From: an uncultured Gammaproteobacteria bacterium
Lineage (GTDB): Bacteria; Patescibacteriota; Microgenomatia; 2-02-FULL-39-11
Length of the DNA stretch: 64,000 nt
Assembly: GCA_964520615.1 (NCBI GenBank)
Contig: CAZFNL010000137.1
Coordinates: 148,898 to 212,897 of the forward strand
Direction of reading: 5' to 3'
Position numbers and translations under genes: made by a program. The stretch's first letter is position 1. Every line of letters begins with the position of its first letter. The notes beneath the pieces were generated by a model. The model saw only the letters and a list, made by a program, of their open reading frames with translations, had not been told where the DNA came from and made no database searches. This document shows, piece by piece, positions 19,589 to 29,998 of this stretch.

Positions 19589-20007
19589 CCGCTTATTTCA
19601 AAAAATCTTTTATTATCCTTCGTCTCTATATGAATATCTATCCTTTTCTGGGGCAAAAACCCTCCCAGCCTGCCGGCCCATTCGATGATATAGACTTTAT
19701 CTTTATTTTTCAACATATCCGGCAAACCCAATCCTTTTATCTCAGATTCATTGTTTATCCTATATAAGTCTATATGCAATATCTCTTTTATTTGACTTTT
19801 TTGTGGATAATAATGTCGCACAATGATGAAGGTAGGGGAGAGGACGCGTTTTCCGGGAAGAAAATAATTGATCACGCTTGAGGCAAAAACAGTTTTACCC
19901 GCGCCCAAATCGCCATAAAGACAGACCACTTCTCCACCGGAAAGCGTGGCGGCAAATTCTGCCGCCAGTTTTCTTGTCTTCTCTTCCCTATTTGTCTGAA
20001 TGTTCAT
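19576..20007 (-). CDS. tsaE: tRNA threonylcarbamoyladenosine ATPase TsaE
   Basis: GDLGAGKT, SPTF, H.DLYR, IEW. Confidence 0.95.
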   Translation of the reverse strand: MNIQTNREEKTRKLAAEFAATLSGGEVVCLYGDLGAGKTVFASSVINYFLPGKRVLSPTFIIVRHYYPQKSQIKEILHIDLYRINNESEIKGLGLPDMLKNKDKVYIIEWAGRLGGFLPQKRIDIHIETKDNKRFFEISGWKK

Positions 20008-20185
20008 AAATTCAATTTGTATGCAAAAAAAGCATTTTTTACGAAAAGGGTGATATTTTATGATACCAGAAGATGTGAAGTAAACGCATCAATAAGATTT
20101 CCCATCCTCACGAGCTTAGAAATTTGCACTACGAGTATCTTTTCCTGTCAGAATCAACAAGTATGATCAGTGTATAATATAATTC

Positions 20186-20665
20186 ATGCGTATACGCCAC
20201 GCAACTATTGCTGACACTCCCAATATCGTCAAACTTGGCCGACAACTCTTGGAATTGCACACCGGTTTTGACTTTGAATATTACCAACTGGAACCTGACT
20301 TTGACACCCAGTTTGCGCGATGGGTACACCAGCAACTTGGTACCCCTTACCAATTTATATTTGTATCGGAGGAAGAAAATGGCGGACAACCGATCATTTC
20401 CGGTTTCATCTCAGGTTTTATGAAGGCTTTGTATCCCTGGTTTAAAACCAAAAGTGTTGGCCACATCTCATACCTTATCATCAACCCAGCATATAGGAAA
20501 AAAGGCGTAGGCAAATCCCTGGAAAAGATGGCAAACGCATGGTTTAAGGAAAAAAATGTCCGGTATGTTGAGCTTTATGTCGAGGAAAAAAATCCAGTCG
20601 GCCAGAGGGCCTGGAAGTCTTATGGCTATATGCCTTTTAAGAAATTCCTGAGGAAAATGATTTGA
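20186..20665 (+). CDS. GNAT family N-acetyltransferase
   Basis: P.YRKKGVG acetyl-CoA motif, N......W...GY. Confidence 0.85.
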   Translation: MRIRHATIADTPNIVKLGRQLLELHTGFDFEYYQLEPDFDTQFARWVHQQLGTPYQFIFVSEEENGGQPIISGFISGFMKALYPWFKTKSVGHISYLIINPAYRKKGVGKSLEKMANAWFKEKNVRYVELYVEEKNPVGQRAWKSYGYMPFKKFLRKMI

Positions 20666-21559
20666 CTATTCCACTTGCGGTTTTTTAATTTTTTTCAGAC
20701 TTACAAACGCCGCGCTTCCCATAAAAAGTCCGCCTAAGGCCAGAAATATTGCGGGGAAATTTATATCAGCCTTTAGATCACCTATTTTCTCCATCTTTCC
20801 ACTTACTGAAACCTCTTTCCCACTTTTGGTAGAAACAAAACCTGAAGATAATGTCGACACGACACTGGTGGAATCACCCGTTTCAGCAGCGGCCTCATTT
20901 TCTAAGGATAAGACTTCCCCATCATCATTGAACATTTCCGCAGTGGGAAAAATAGATTTTTCTGTGGCCTTTGGCAAAGGAGTGTCTGTTGGCCGAGGGA
21001 TAGACTTTGTAACTGAAGGTTTGTCGTTGATTGGGGTAATACTTGGCGGCACGGCTGTAGGAGGAATTTTAACATTTACAGAGAGCATATTCTGATTGTC
21101 AAAACTGGAGGAACCAGATTGGGTATACCGCTGGATCTTAAAATTGTAGACACCATTCCTTTGACAGCGGGAGTCATCCGAGTCAAGTTTGGCTTTCAGA
21201 TTGACTGAGGCTGATGAAGACGACATGGTGACAGCCATTAGTTTTGTCCAACCCTCCCCTGATGTATATGGACCATTATACCAGTCTGAACCATTCCAAG
21301 TGTAACCGCAGTACCGGCTAGTATCCGGCTCGAAAAATACGCCTCTTAAGTAGTACTTGGTACCATCTGCAGAATTAATATCTATTCTGACACCTACTTC
21401 ATATTCATCTTCATACCCTTCAATTTCCGAATCGCCGTAGTTATCTATAATGATGTTAGCAGAAATTACTTGGGATCCCGTCAAAAAAAGACAGGCAGAA
21501 AAAACAAACAGTAAAGAAATTATTGCCCTGAAAATAAACATGCTGCCACCATCTATCAA
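20666..21559 (-). CDS. Secreted or membrane-anchored protein of unknown function
   Basis: Signal peptide, beta-rich domain, Pro/Thr/Ser linker, C-terminal TM plus basic tail. Confidence 0.7.
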   Translation of the reverse strand: MIDGGSMFIFRAIISLLFVFSACLFLTGSQVISANIIIDNYGDSEIEGYEDEYEVGVRIDINSADGTKYYLRGVFFEPDTSRYCGYTWNGSDWYNGPYTSGEGWTKLMAVTMSSSSASVNLKAKLDSDDSRCQRNGVYNFKIQRYTQSGSSSFDNQNMLSVNVKIPPTAVPPSITPINDKPSVTKSIPRPTDTPLPKATEKSIFPTAEMFNDDGEVLSLENEAAAETGDSTSVVSTLSSGFVSTKSGKEVSVSGKMEKIGDLKADINFPAIFLALGGLFMGSAAFVSLKKIKKPQVE

Positions 21560-22773
21560 TTGGCTAGATGCCAGTATAATGTCATTTTTCCATTGGGATG
21601 GAATATAAATACTCCATTTCCGGCAGTCTGGCCACCGTGATAATAATATGCGTCGCCCGAATCCACTGCCCTTATGAGCGTATCTGAATCATCATACATA
21701 TCCACTCCGCTATGGATACCCGATTGGTATCTCCATGAATAGGGTGTATGTCCGAAACATTGGGATATGATTGGGTCACTAAGAGGCCAATCCCATGACC
21801 CGCTGCCTATAGGCTTTACAATTCTGCCAGTTGCCGACACATCATCACATGAATTTGGCTCAAATATAAGCGGTCTGGTAACAAGATCGTTCAAGGGGTT
21901 TTCGTACCCGCTCTCAAAATTGAATTTATTCAAATCTGCCTCGTTCAGATTATATACGGCAAAGTGAAGATGCGGACCCGTAGAAAAACCGGTATTACCC
22001 ATTATACCTATCACATCTCCTTTGGAAACATATCTGGGTACACCAGCTTGGGACAATATAGAGGCAGCCTGCTGGATGCTCTCAGCCTCCTTTTGTGCAG
22101 CTTCAAGTTCGCTTCTATAGATATTTTCGTTGTTTTGGGTTGTCTCCAGAAAAAGTTCCTTTTCTTTTTTCTGTACTGCTAATGTCGCCTGTTCTGCCTG
22201 CAATGTGGTTTGAGCCCGGTTCAATTCCACTTTTTTTTCTTCCCGCAGCTGCTTTTGGTCCTGATAGTTTATCTTGCTGTTTTGCAACTGAAAAAGAAGC
22301 CTCCTGTCATGGGCTTGAACTATCTGGACATATTTATACCTATTGAAGAAATCTGAAAATTGGTTACTTTCCAAAAGCAGATTGAAGAAAGAAAAGCCAC
22401 CGTATTTATATGTTGCCACCACCCGATCAATAAACATGGATGATATAGTAGTCAACGAATTCTCTAATTGGCTAATTTTACTGTCTAAGTCAGCTATCTG
22501 CTGTTCCAACTGATTGATATTGTCTTGTGTTGCGGCAATTTTGGCATTGGTTAATTCAATTCTCGTTGTCAGGTAAACTATTTGCGATGCCATACTCTCC
22601 CTTTGACTCGCACAGGCATTAACCACATCCGTATAACAGGATACTCTTTCATTTGGATCAGTCCTTATTGAACAAGGATCTGTTTGCGGACATGATGAAG
22701 CTTTTAAGCTTTTAACATTCAGGAAAAGAAAAAGGGGAATGCAAAGAAGTATTGGTAACCAGAATTTCCTCAT
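21556..22773 (-). CDS. EnvC/CwlO-like coiled-coil protein with (permuted) M23 peptidase domain
   Basis: Signal peptide, long coiled coil, GNTGFSTGPHLHF and HSGVD...YWHL; downstream of ftsEX. Confidence 0.85.
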   Translation of the reverse strand: MRKFWLPILLCIPLFLFLNVKSLKASSCPQTDPCSIRTDPNERVSCYTDVVNACASQRESMASQIVYLTTRIELTNAKIAATQDNINQLEQQIADLDSKISQLENSLTTISSMFIDRVVATYKYGGFSFFNLLLESNQFSDFFNRYKYVQIVQAHDRRLLFQLQNSKINYQDQKQLREEKKVELNRAQTTLQAEQATLAVQKKEKELFLETTQNNENIYRSELEAAQKEAESIQQAASILSQAGVPRYVSKGDVIGIMGNTGFSTGPHLHFAVYNLNEADLNKFNFESGYENPLNDLVTRPLIFEPNSCDDVSATGRIVKPIGSGSWDWPLSDPIISQCFGHTPYSWRYQSGIHSGVDMYDDSDTLIRAVDSGDAYYYHGGQTAGNGVFIFHPNGKMTLYWHLAN

Positions 22774-22820
22774 ACATAAGGAGGTGTATCACATTATTAC
22801 TGCGCGATATCCAATCTTGA

Positions 22821-23774
22821 TTAATATCTCAAATATCTGGACACTGCTACCAAACTGCTAAAAAGTCCGATAATAAGACCTGACAAAAGCAGTACCACCC
22901 AAAGAAGAAGAAAGATTGCCCCAGAAAACGGCCATATTTGCAGGGTAAATCCTGACATTTCCAAAAGCGGCAGGGCTGGGATGCCTTTCAAAAATGAGGT
23001 AATAAAAGGAGATAAATAAAGCATTATGACAGAAACTATCACCCATGCGCCCGTGGCACCCATAAGTCCGTAAGTTACGCCTTCATAAATGAAAGGTTTT
23101 CTGATGTACCAGGGAGTTGCCCCAACAAGTTTCAGTATCTCTATTTCTTCTTTTTTCAGCGCTATCTTCATGCCTATGCTGGTAAAGAGTATAAAAAATG
23201 TGGATATAAAAAGGAAAAATATAAAGACTATACCAATCTTTCTAACCGTTGAAGTCCAAGATACTAATGTATCAACAACATCTTTCTGGAAAACTACCTC
23301 ATCTATACCGGGTTCTTTTTTTACTATATCTGCAAGGCCTGACAGATACTCTGGAGAGGTAGCTGATATTTCAAGGGATGCCGGAAGTATATCCGCTGTC
23401 ACCATCTCCAATAGAAGCGGGTCATTCTTGTTCTGTTCACGATATATGGCAAGCGCCTGATCTTTTGATATATATTTGTAAGTAGCAACCCTACCGGTTG
23501 CTTTTAATTTATCAATTAAAGCATCTATCGAAGCTTTATCTTTCTCATCTTTGAAAAATACGGTCAGTTGCGGCTTTGACTCAAAATAAGTCAATATACC
23601 CGAAAGTCCTCCAGCAATAAATAGAAATACTCCCATCACAAAAAGCGTGACAAAAATCATAAATATCGCGGCAATAGACTGGTATGGCGTGCGACGCAAT
23701 CTTTGAAAGAAAGAAATAGATGATATTGAACGGCTTTTGGGCATATTAAGAATATTTTCCCTTATGTTCATCAC
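22821..23774 (-). CDS. ftsX: Cell division permease FtsX
   Basis: Four-TM ABC3 permease, EI.ILKLVGAT.WYI..PF..EG; follows ftsE. The true start may be ATG 23745. Confidence 0.9.
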   Translation of the reverse strand: MMNIRENILNMPKSRSISSISFFQRLRRTPYQSIAAIFMIFVTLFVMGVFLFIAGGLSGILTYFESKPQLTVFFKDEKDKASIDALIDKLKATGRVATYKYISKDQALAIYREQNKNDPLLLEMVTADILPASLEISATSPEYLSGLADIVKKEPGIDEVVFQKDVVDTLVSWTSTVRKIGIVFIFFLFISTFFILFTSIGMKIALKKEEIEILKLVGATPWYIRKPFIYEGVTYGLMGATGAWVIVSVIMLYLSPFITSFLKGIPALPLLEMSGFTLQIWPFSGAIFLLLWVVLLLSGLIIGLFSSLVAVSRYLRY

Positions 23775-24423
23775 GAATTATTTTTCCAGACGATAATACA
23801 ACAACTCTTTTTTTTAGACTGTTTACTATATCCACGTTATGGGTAGCCATCACTACAGTCGTTCCGCTTTTGTTTATATCGCTTATGATTTTAAGAATTT
23901 CCCACGATGTTTTTGGGTCCAGATTACCTGTAGGCTCGTCAGCCAGAAGTATTTTTGCCTCCCCAGCTATTGCACGACCGATTGCAACCCTCTGCTGTTC
24001 TCCATACGATAATTGCCCTATAAAATGGTTTTCCTTACTATCAAGATGAACAATTTTAAGTACCTCGTCAATTCTCCTGTCTATATCGCTTCGGGATTTA
24101 CCCAATATCTCCAAAGATACGGCTATATTTTCTGCTACAGTCCGATCCGATAAAAGCTTAAAATCCTGAAAGACAAATCCAACTTTTCGGCGCAGGTATG
24201 GCAATTTCCTCACTGGCAACTTATTTATCTCCCAATCATCCAAGAGAATAGTCCCATGGTTTGGTAATATATCCCGTATCAATAGACGCAATATGGTAGT
24301 CTTACCTGCTCCGGATGGACCTACCAGAAAAACATACTCACCATTTTCAACTTTCAAATTGATATCATCCAAAGCGGTAGTACTCCTGGAGTATTTTTTG
24401 CTGACAGAGTCAAAAAGAATCAT
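23746..24423 (-). CDS. ftsE: Cell division ATP-binding protein FtsE
   Basis: GPSGAGKT, LRRK.G.VFQDFKLL, LS.GEQQR, ADEPTGNLD, ATH. Confidence 0.95.
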   Translation of the reverse strand: MILFDSVSKKYSRSTTALDDINLKVENGEYVFLVGPSGAGKTTILRLLIRDILPNHGTILLDDWEINKLPVRKLPYLRRKVGFVFQDFKLLSDRTVAENIAVSLEILGKSRSDIDRRIDEVLKIVHLDSKENHFIGQLSYGEQQRVAIGRAIAGEAKILLADEPTGNLDPKTSWEILKIISDINKSGTTVVMATHNVDIVNSLKKRVVVLSSGKIIRDEHKGKYS

Positions 24424-24548
24424 AAAAGAGGAAAATATATATAGTCAAAAAACGAGTTTTCTACAATCAAAACTTTCTGTTTAATCTTCTACTTCCACTT
24501 TTCCTATAGCCGTTAATCAGCCGGCTTTTGCAAGTTTAACTCACTATT

Positions 24549-25031
24549 TTAATTTTCTACCTCTAACTTACCAACATCCATAAACCATCCAGCTTGTTGT
24601 GCTGCAAAAGTCTCACCCCACACCTTCACTTTCTTCCCTACAAACTGATTTAGATCAAGTACAGAAGAAGTCAGGTAGACGTTTTGACTGGGACCGCCCG
24701 GCCTGACCAGATGATGTGTCCCTTCTCCATCTACACCACCGGCTTCAAGCGTACCCTCTGCAGAATCCTTGAAGTTTTTGGCATTACTTGATCCCACTAC
24801 CACTTTACCCCCGCTGACAGATCCTCCTGAAGAACCTCCAATTATAGCATTTCTTGATACTGCTCTTGATAATAGATAGCCTGTCAATCCACCCGCAAAC
24901 ACAATAGTCAAAAGTACTACAAGAGACTTTCTGGTAAGAGTTTTGCTTGCAGAACTGGATAATTCATGTACCAAAGGCTTACTGGGAATATCATTCACAC
25001 TTATCCTTTTGGAACCGAATAATCTTTTCAT
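24549..25031 (-). CDS. Single-TM protein with a small C-terminal beta (OB-like) domain
   Basis: TM, Gly/Ser linker, EGTHHL.RPGG..Q.VYLTSS..DL..FVGKKVKVWG. Confidence 0.7.
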   Translation of the reverse strand: MKRLFGSKRISVNDIPSKPLVHELSSSASKTLTRKSLVVLLTIVFAGGLTGYLLSRAVSRNAIIGGSSGGSVSGGKVVVGSSNAKNFKDSAEGTLEAGGVDGEGTHHLVRPGGPSQNVYLTSSVLDLNQFVGKKVKVWGETFAAQQAGWFMDVGKLEVEN

Positions 25032-25041
25032 ATAATCTATA

Positions 25042-26058
25042 CTATACGACAGTGGCGTATTTTTTCAAGTAGTTTATTATAAAATCCTCAATTTGTCCGT
25101 CAAGCACTCTTTTACTATCAGAAGTCTCATACCCTGTTCGCAAATCTTTCACCAGATGGTAAGGATGAAGCACGTATGAGCGGATTTGGTTACCCCACGA
25201 AGCCATCTTGAATTTCCCCCTAAGTTCCGATAGATGTTTTACTTTTTGCTCTTCCATTATTTGCCATAGTTTTCCCCGTAGTATACGAAGGGCAGTTTCC
25301 CGATTTTGTCCCTGATAGCGCTGCTCCTGACATTCAACAATAATGCCGGTAGGTTTATGTTTCAATCTCACAGCGGTTGAAACTTTATTTACATTTTGCC
25401 CTCCTTTACCACCGCTTCGGAAAAACTCCCATTCCAATTCATCGTCTTTTATTTCCACCTCTCCCGTATTTTCGAGTATGGGAATAACCTCAACGAGTGC
25501 AAATGAAGTCTGCCGCAATTTGTCTGCGTTAAAAGGAGATTGTCTAACAAGCCTATGCACTCCCGCCTCCCCTTTCAGAAATCCGTATGCCAAATATTCA
25601 CCGACCGAAAAAGTCACGCTTTTTATACCTGCTTCATCTCCCGCTACGGAATCAATAATCTCGTAACTCCAACCTTTGGATTCGATAAAGCGCATATACA
25701 TTCTCATAAGCATCTCAGTCCAATCCATTGCTTCTGTCCCACCCTGCCCGGCATGTATGGACACTATTGCTCCCTCTCCATCATGAAGCCCTGAGAAATA
25801 AAGTTCCATCTCTAGAGATGACAATTTTTCATTGGCTTCATCTAGCTTGCCCCCACTTAGTAACCCGCGAACTTCGTCTATTTCTTTTACTTGCTTAGTA
25901 AGATGGGTCAGCCTCTTCATCTTCTTGGTAGAGTTTTCCCTATCCTGCCAAAAAGCAGGGTTTCCTGATGCCGTTTCAATCTCTATAATCTGCTTTTTTT
26001 TCTCTTCAAGATTCATTTTTAGGATGATATCCTGAAGTCTTTTCTCCAAGTCTTCCAT
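25042..26058 (-). CDS. prfB: Peptide chain release factor 2
   Basis: [18 protein letters not shown] (SPF anticodon), [16 protein letters not shown]. Confidence 0.95.
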   Translation of the reverse strand: MEDLEKRLQDIILKMNLEEKKKQIIEIETASGNPAFWQDRENSTKKMKRLTHLTKQVKEIDEVRGLLSGGKLDEANEKLSSLEMELYFSGLHDGEGAIVSIHAGQGGTEAMDWTEMLMRMYMRFIESKGWSYEIIDSVAGDEAGIKSVTFSVGEYLAYGFLKGEAGVHRLVRQSPFNADKLRQTSFALVEVIPILENTGEVEIKDDELEWEFFRSGGKGGQNVNKVSTAVRLKHKPTGIIVECQEQRYQGQNRETALRILRGKLWQIMEEQKVKHLSELRGKFKMASWGNQIRSYVLHPYHLVKDLRTGYETSDSKRVLDGQIEDFIINYLKKYATVV

Positions 26059-26267
26059 AGCTCACAATTTTCTCATAAAAAATTCAAATAGTAAACTCAT
26101 ATCTTGAAATCTGGCTGAAAAAGAGTTAAATATACACGTTTTGTATAAAAATAACTGATACAATTACACCTTCCTATTGCATTAGGCAAAAAGCTGAGAG
26201 TAGACTGAAAATATATTAACAATCAGTAATTATTAGATAGAATAACAAGATTCAAATAATTATTGAT

Positions 26268-27542
26268 ATGAGAAAATTTCTTAATTCAATCAAAAATAAA
26301 CTTACCAAACTGGGGCCTGGCTTTATCACTGGTGCTGCCGATGACGACCCTTCTGGAATTGCCACCTACTCTATCGCCGGAGCGCAATTTGGATACCGTC
26401 TGAATTTCCTCTCCCTTTTCCTCACTCCAATGATGATAGCAGTCCAGGAAATGTGCGGAAGGATCGGTATGGTCTCTGGTATGGGACTGGCAGGAACTAT
26501 AAGAAAATACTATTCCAAGAAACTTCTTTTTTTTTCAATCATACTTCTTTTTATAGCCAATACTGTAAATATCGGAGCAGACCTTGGTATTATGGCTGCT
26601 TCCCTTGAAATGCTTCTGGGAGTTCCTTTTGTATTCTGGCTTTTTACGGTAACAATTTTCACCATACTAATGGAAGTTTTTGTCCCCTATGATAAATACT
26701 CACGATATCTTAAATGGATGGGACTGACTCTTCTTGTATACGGTATTACGGCAATTCTGGTAAAACAAAATTGGCTGGATGTAATTAAATTTACACTTAT
26801 ACCTCACATCGAATTAAACATGACTTATCTTATGACTATGGTCGGATTCTTGGGCACCACTATATCCCCTTACCTCTTTTTCTGGCAGGCGGCAGAAGAG
26901 GTGGAAGAAGAAATAAAAGAAGGCAAGATACAGGAATTTGAAGAAACCCCGGCTGTAATTGAAACTGAGGTAAACCGGATGAAAAAAGATACCATCGCAG
27001 GCATGATCTTTTCAAATCTCATTACAGTTTCAATTATACTCACTACAACCGCCACTCTTTATAACCACGGCCTACATGATATCCAAACTCCCCAACAGGC
27101 AGCTTTTGCGCTCAAACCTCTTGCCGGAAACTTTGCCTATATACTCTTTGCTTTTGGAATCATCGGCATCGGGCTGCAAACTGTCCCTATATTAGCCGGA
27201 AGCGTAGCCTATGCATTTTCTGAGGCTTTTGGTTTCAAGGAAGGTCTGGCCAAAAAACTAGCAGAAGCCAAAGTATTTTACGGTACCATCGGTCTTGCAA
27301 CCATCATCGGGGCGCTTATGAATATTATTGGTATAAACGCAATTAAAGCACTTTATTACACTGCAATATTAAATGGCATTATTGCCGTACCACTTATTGC
27401 CATAATCATTAGATTAGCTGATGACGAAAGGATTGTAGGCAGATATAAAAGCGGAAAATGGTCCAGAATTATTGCCTGGATTACTTTTGCCTTTATGGCT
27501 ATTGCTTCAGCCCTCATGATCTATTTCCTTATCAGGGCTTAA
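26268..27542 (+). CDS. NRAMP-family divalent metal transporter
   Basis: LGPG.ITGAADDDPSGIATYS, GTTISPY; about 11 TM. Confidence 0.9.
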   Translation: MRKFLNSIKNKLTKLGPGFITGAADDDPSGIATYSIAGAQFGYRLNFLSLFLTPMMIAVQEMCGRIGMVSGMGLAGTIRKYYSKKLLFFSIILLFIANTVNIGADLGIMAASLEMLLGVPFVFWLFTVTIFTILMEVFVPYDKYSRYLKWMGLTLLVYGITAILVKQNWLDVIKFTLIPHIELNMTYLMTMVGFLGTTISPYLFFWQAAEEVEEEIKEGKIQEFEETPAVIETEVNRMKKDTIAGMIFSNLITVSIILTTTATLYNHGLHDIQTPQQAAFALKPLAGNFAYILFAFGIIGIGLQTVPILAGSVAYAFSEAFGFKEGLAKKLAEAKVFYGTIGLATIIGALMNIIGINAIKALYYTAILNGIIAVPLIAIIIRLADDERIVGRYKSGKWSRIIAWITFAFMAIASALMIYFLIRA

Positions 27543-27544
27543 TC

Positions 27545-28864
27545 TTATAATATCAAATTCTTTATCCATTCCCCCAACTGGCTCGGCTTTTCAACTACTC
27601 TATCTTTAGTTTCTATTCGAGATATTTCTGCATCTTCACTTTTGACAAAATGTTCGCTCCGGCGGGAAAAGATGAATTCTCCTTTTTCAAGTAAATAAGG
27701 TTCGTATTCATCCCGTAAATACACTGCCGTCTTACCCTCCATCCTGAAAACTCCAAAATTTCTTCCCGAAATATATTTTGGTTGAACCGAAGAATTACGA
27801 AGGATAAGCTGTGAAGCGGACAAATTTTCATTTTGTGAATAGTGAAATGGATAATCTCTGCCTAAAAAAGTCGCCAGGTGAAAAGAGACCATTGGTACTA
27901 GACCAGCTTCAGCTTCAAGCCTGCTAAAAAAAGCAGATGATGCAGTAAACCTGGCGTTGCATTCCGAAATATATATTTTACCGGAGTTTTTTTCCACCAT
28001 AAAATCCAATCCGAAAAAACCTCTGAAACCATCTATAAACATTAATTTCCCTACTTTTTCAGTTATTTCCTTTATCAGCTTATTCTGATCAGCCTCAATA
28101 AAACCAACCAGCCACTGTCTGCCGCAGGTCACACCTTTCTTTTCCCGCAGCTCGGGAATATCGCTTATTTGCAGTGCAACAGGACTCACTAGAATATTTC
28201 CGTCACTCAAAACACAAACATTATTCAATAATGTATAACCATCGATATATTTATTTACTTTAACTGTTGTATAAGGAAATCTGTCTGCTATCTTTTCAAA
28301 GTCATCCTCCGAGCTGATAAAGAAAGTCGTCTTACCAGCCCATCCGTGGGCAAACTGCACTACAAAGGGAAGATTCAATTCCTTGGCCATCATTTCAAAC
28401 TTCAGATCATTTAACTTACCAGTTAATCCCGGAATACTATTTTCTACTATTTTGTCTCTAACCAATTCATAAAAAAGCACCTTATCTTCAAACCGATCGT
28501 TTAGTTCTCTTGTGTTCACCAAAGGTCTATAACCCCTTTTGCTGCATAAGAATTCCACTTTCTTTGACGGCTTAAAAACCAAAATATTTGGACGTTTGCT
28601 GTGTATTTCAATATATTGGGAGACTAAAGGATGTGCCAGAAGGCCTCCGGATGTGGCATAAGATCCCAATTTAACCAATTCTTCATTTTCAGAAAGACAA
28701 AATATATTGGCTCCTTTTTTTCTCAACAGTGGAATTATAGGGTCCGGATACAAACATACTATATGATAATTTGACAATACAGTGTCCAATCCTATACCCC
28801 TTTTTACATCAGGAGTGATGTAAAAAATTTGTTCACCTGAGAAGCTATCTTGCCATTTATTCAT
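27545..28864 (-). CDS. ATP-grasp domain protein (uncharacterised type)
   Basis: EDK, PFVVQ...G.AGKTTFFI, KYIDG, GFFGLDF, ECNARF. Confidence 0.75.
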   Translation of the reverse strand: MNKWQDSFSGEQIFYITPDVKRGIGLDTVLSNYHIVCLYPDPIIPLLRKKGANIFCLSENEELVKLGSYATSGGLLAHPLVSQYIEIHSKRPNILVFKPSKKVEFLCSKRGYRPLVNTRELNDRFEDKVLFYELVRDKIVENSIPGLTGKLNDLKFEMMAKELNLPFVVQFAHGWAGKTTFFISSEDDFEKIADRFPYTTVKVNKYIDGYTLLNNVCVLSDGNILVSPVALQISDIPELREKKGVTCGRQWLVGFIEADQNKLIKEITEKVGKLMFIDGFRGFFGLDFMVEKNSGKIYISECNARFTASSAFFSRLEAEAGLVPMVSFHLATFLGRDYPFHYSQNENLSASQLILRNSSVQPKYISGRNFGVFRMEGKTAVYLRDEYEPYLLEKGEFIFSRRSEHFVKSEDAEISRIETKDRVVEKPSQLGEWIKNLIL

Positions 28865-28877
28865 AACAACCAGAATA

Positions 28878-29798
28878 TTAGTAATTTTTCCCCGTCAAGA
28901 TGCACAAAGGATTCTTATATTTATAACCATTCTTTGCTGCTTTCCTCACCGCCCCCAAAGTAAGACCGCCTTCTATGGAACAGTTATAACCTTTGCCCAA
29001 AAGGTATCTACATTCTCCTTCCGCCTCTTCATCGGATATAACCCAACCAAAACCTTTACTCCTTTCTACAATATCTGATACCTGAAGTTGTCTTGGAGTA
29101 AAACGAGCGACAATCGCATCCACAACACTTTTTTTACGCTCAATAAAATCTCTGTCATATAATCCGGCCAAAGGATGAATAGATTGCGATTGGACAAAAT
29201 GAATGGCAGGATGGTAACCCCACTTCTTGCATCCCATCGAAAAACCAACAAGAGTCGTACCGCTACTGACAGGCAGAAATACAGCGTCCGGCTTTTCCTC
29301 GAAATTGCCTTCTGTAAACAGTTCATAAGCTAAAGTTTCATATCCGAAAAGCGCATTTTCGTCTTTGGATTGTCTGAGATTATATACATTATTCTCCTTT
29401 GCAAACTTAAAAGCATTACTGACTGGTTTATCACTTATCTCCAACCTACATTCTGATTTTTTCAATACTTCAAGTTTTCTTTTGTTTATATTGGGAGAAA
29501 CGAAAACCGTTAACTTGATCCCATGAAGATTGCAATAACAGGCTGCAGATATGGCTGCATTTCCAGATGATGAGATAACTGCAGAATTTATGCCTTTCTC
29601 TTCCAACACTGCCGTTTGATAAGCAAGACTTCTGTCCTTTACGGAACCAGTAGGATTTTCGTATTCGCACTTAAAATAAGTACTATTATCCCTTTTTAGA
29701 GATGTACTTCCCTCACCCAATGTCTTTTGAAAATTCCTCTCTACTTTTGGAAGTAATTTTTGGTATTCCCAAATCCCTTTTTTCACTTGTCTGTCCAT
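28878..29798 (-). CDS. PLP-dependent fold-type II enzyme (threonine synthase-like)
   Basis: LGEG.T, K.E..NPTGS.KDR, SSGNA, G..T.AYE, PVSSGT. Confidence 0.85.
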   Translation of the reverse strand: MDRQVKKGIWEYQKLLPKVERNFQKTLGEGSTSLKRDNSTYFKCEYENPTGSVKDRSLAYQTAVLEEKGINSAVISSSGNAAISAACYCNLHGIKLTVFVSPNINKRKLEVLKKSECRLEISDKPVSNAFKFAKENNVYNLRQSKDENALFGYETLAYELFTEGNFEEKPDAVFLPVSSGTTLVGFSMGCKKWGYHPAIHFVQSQSIHPLAGLYDRDFIERKKSVVDAIVARFTPRQLQVSDIVERSKGFGWVISDEEAEGECRYLLGKGYNCSIEGGLTLGAVRKAAKNGYKYKNPLCILTGKNY

Positions 29799-29821
29799 AT
29801 AAAATATGATTTAATTATAAT

Positions 29822-29998
29822 ATGGATAACCCTTCGGACAAAGACATCAGTGCAAAATGTCCTGAATGTGACACGCCTCTTACCCTTCTTCAAGATACAA
29901 AAGCCGGGCAGGTAGTGGAATGCCCTGCTTGCGGCACTGAAAGCGAAGTTGTTAGCCTCGAGCCTCTGCAGCTCTCCCCTTTGGAGGAAGAGAAATAA
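29822..29998 (+). CDS. LysW-like zinc-ribbon protein (58 aa, below the ORF-track cutoff)
   Basis: Manual translation: MDNPSDKDISAKCPECDTPLTLLQDTKAGQVVECPACGTESEVVSLEPLQLSPLEEEK; CPxC...CPxCG.E.EVVSLEP as in LysW. Confidence 0.75.
   Translation: MDNPSDKDISAKCPECDTPLTLLQDTKAGQVVECPACGTESEVVSLEPLQLSPLEEEK

Noticed and set aside
20008-20185. Possible tRNA or small RNA in this gap (also 15380-15600 and 26060-26267)
   Set aside because: No cloverleaf or T-loop motif; AT-rich divergent promoter regions explain them.
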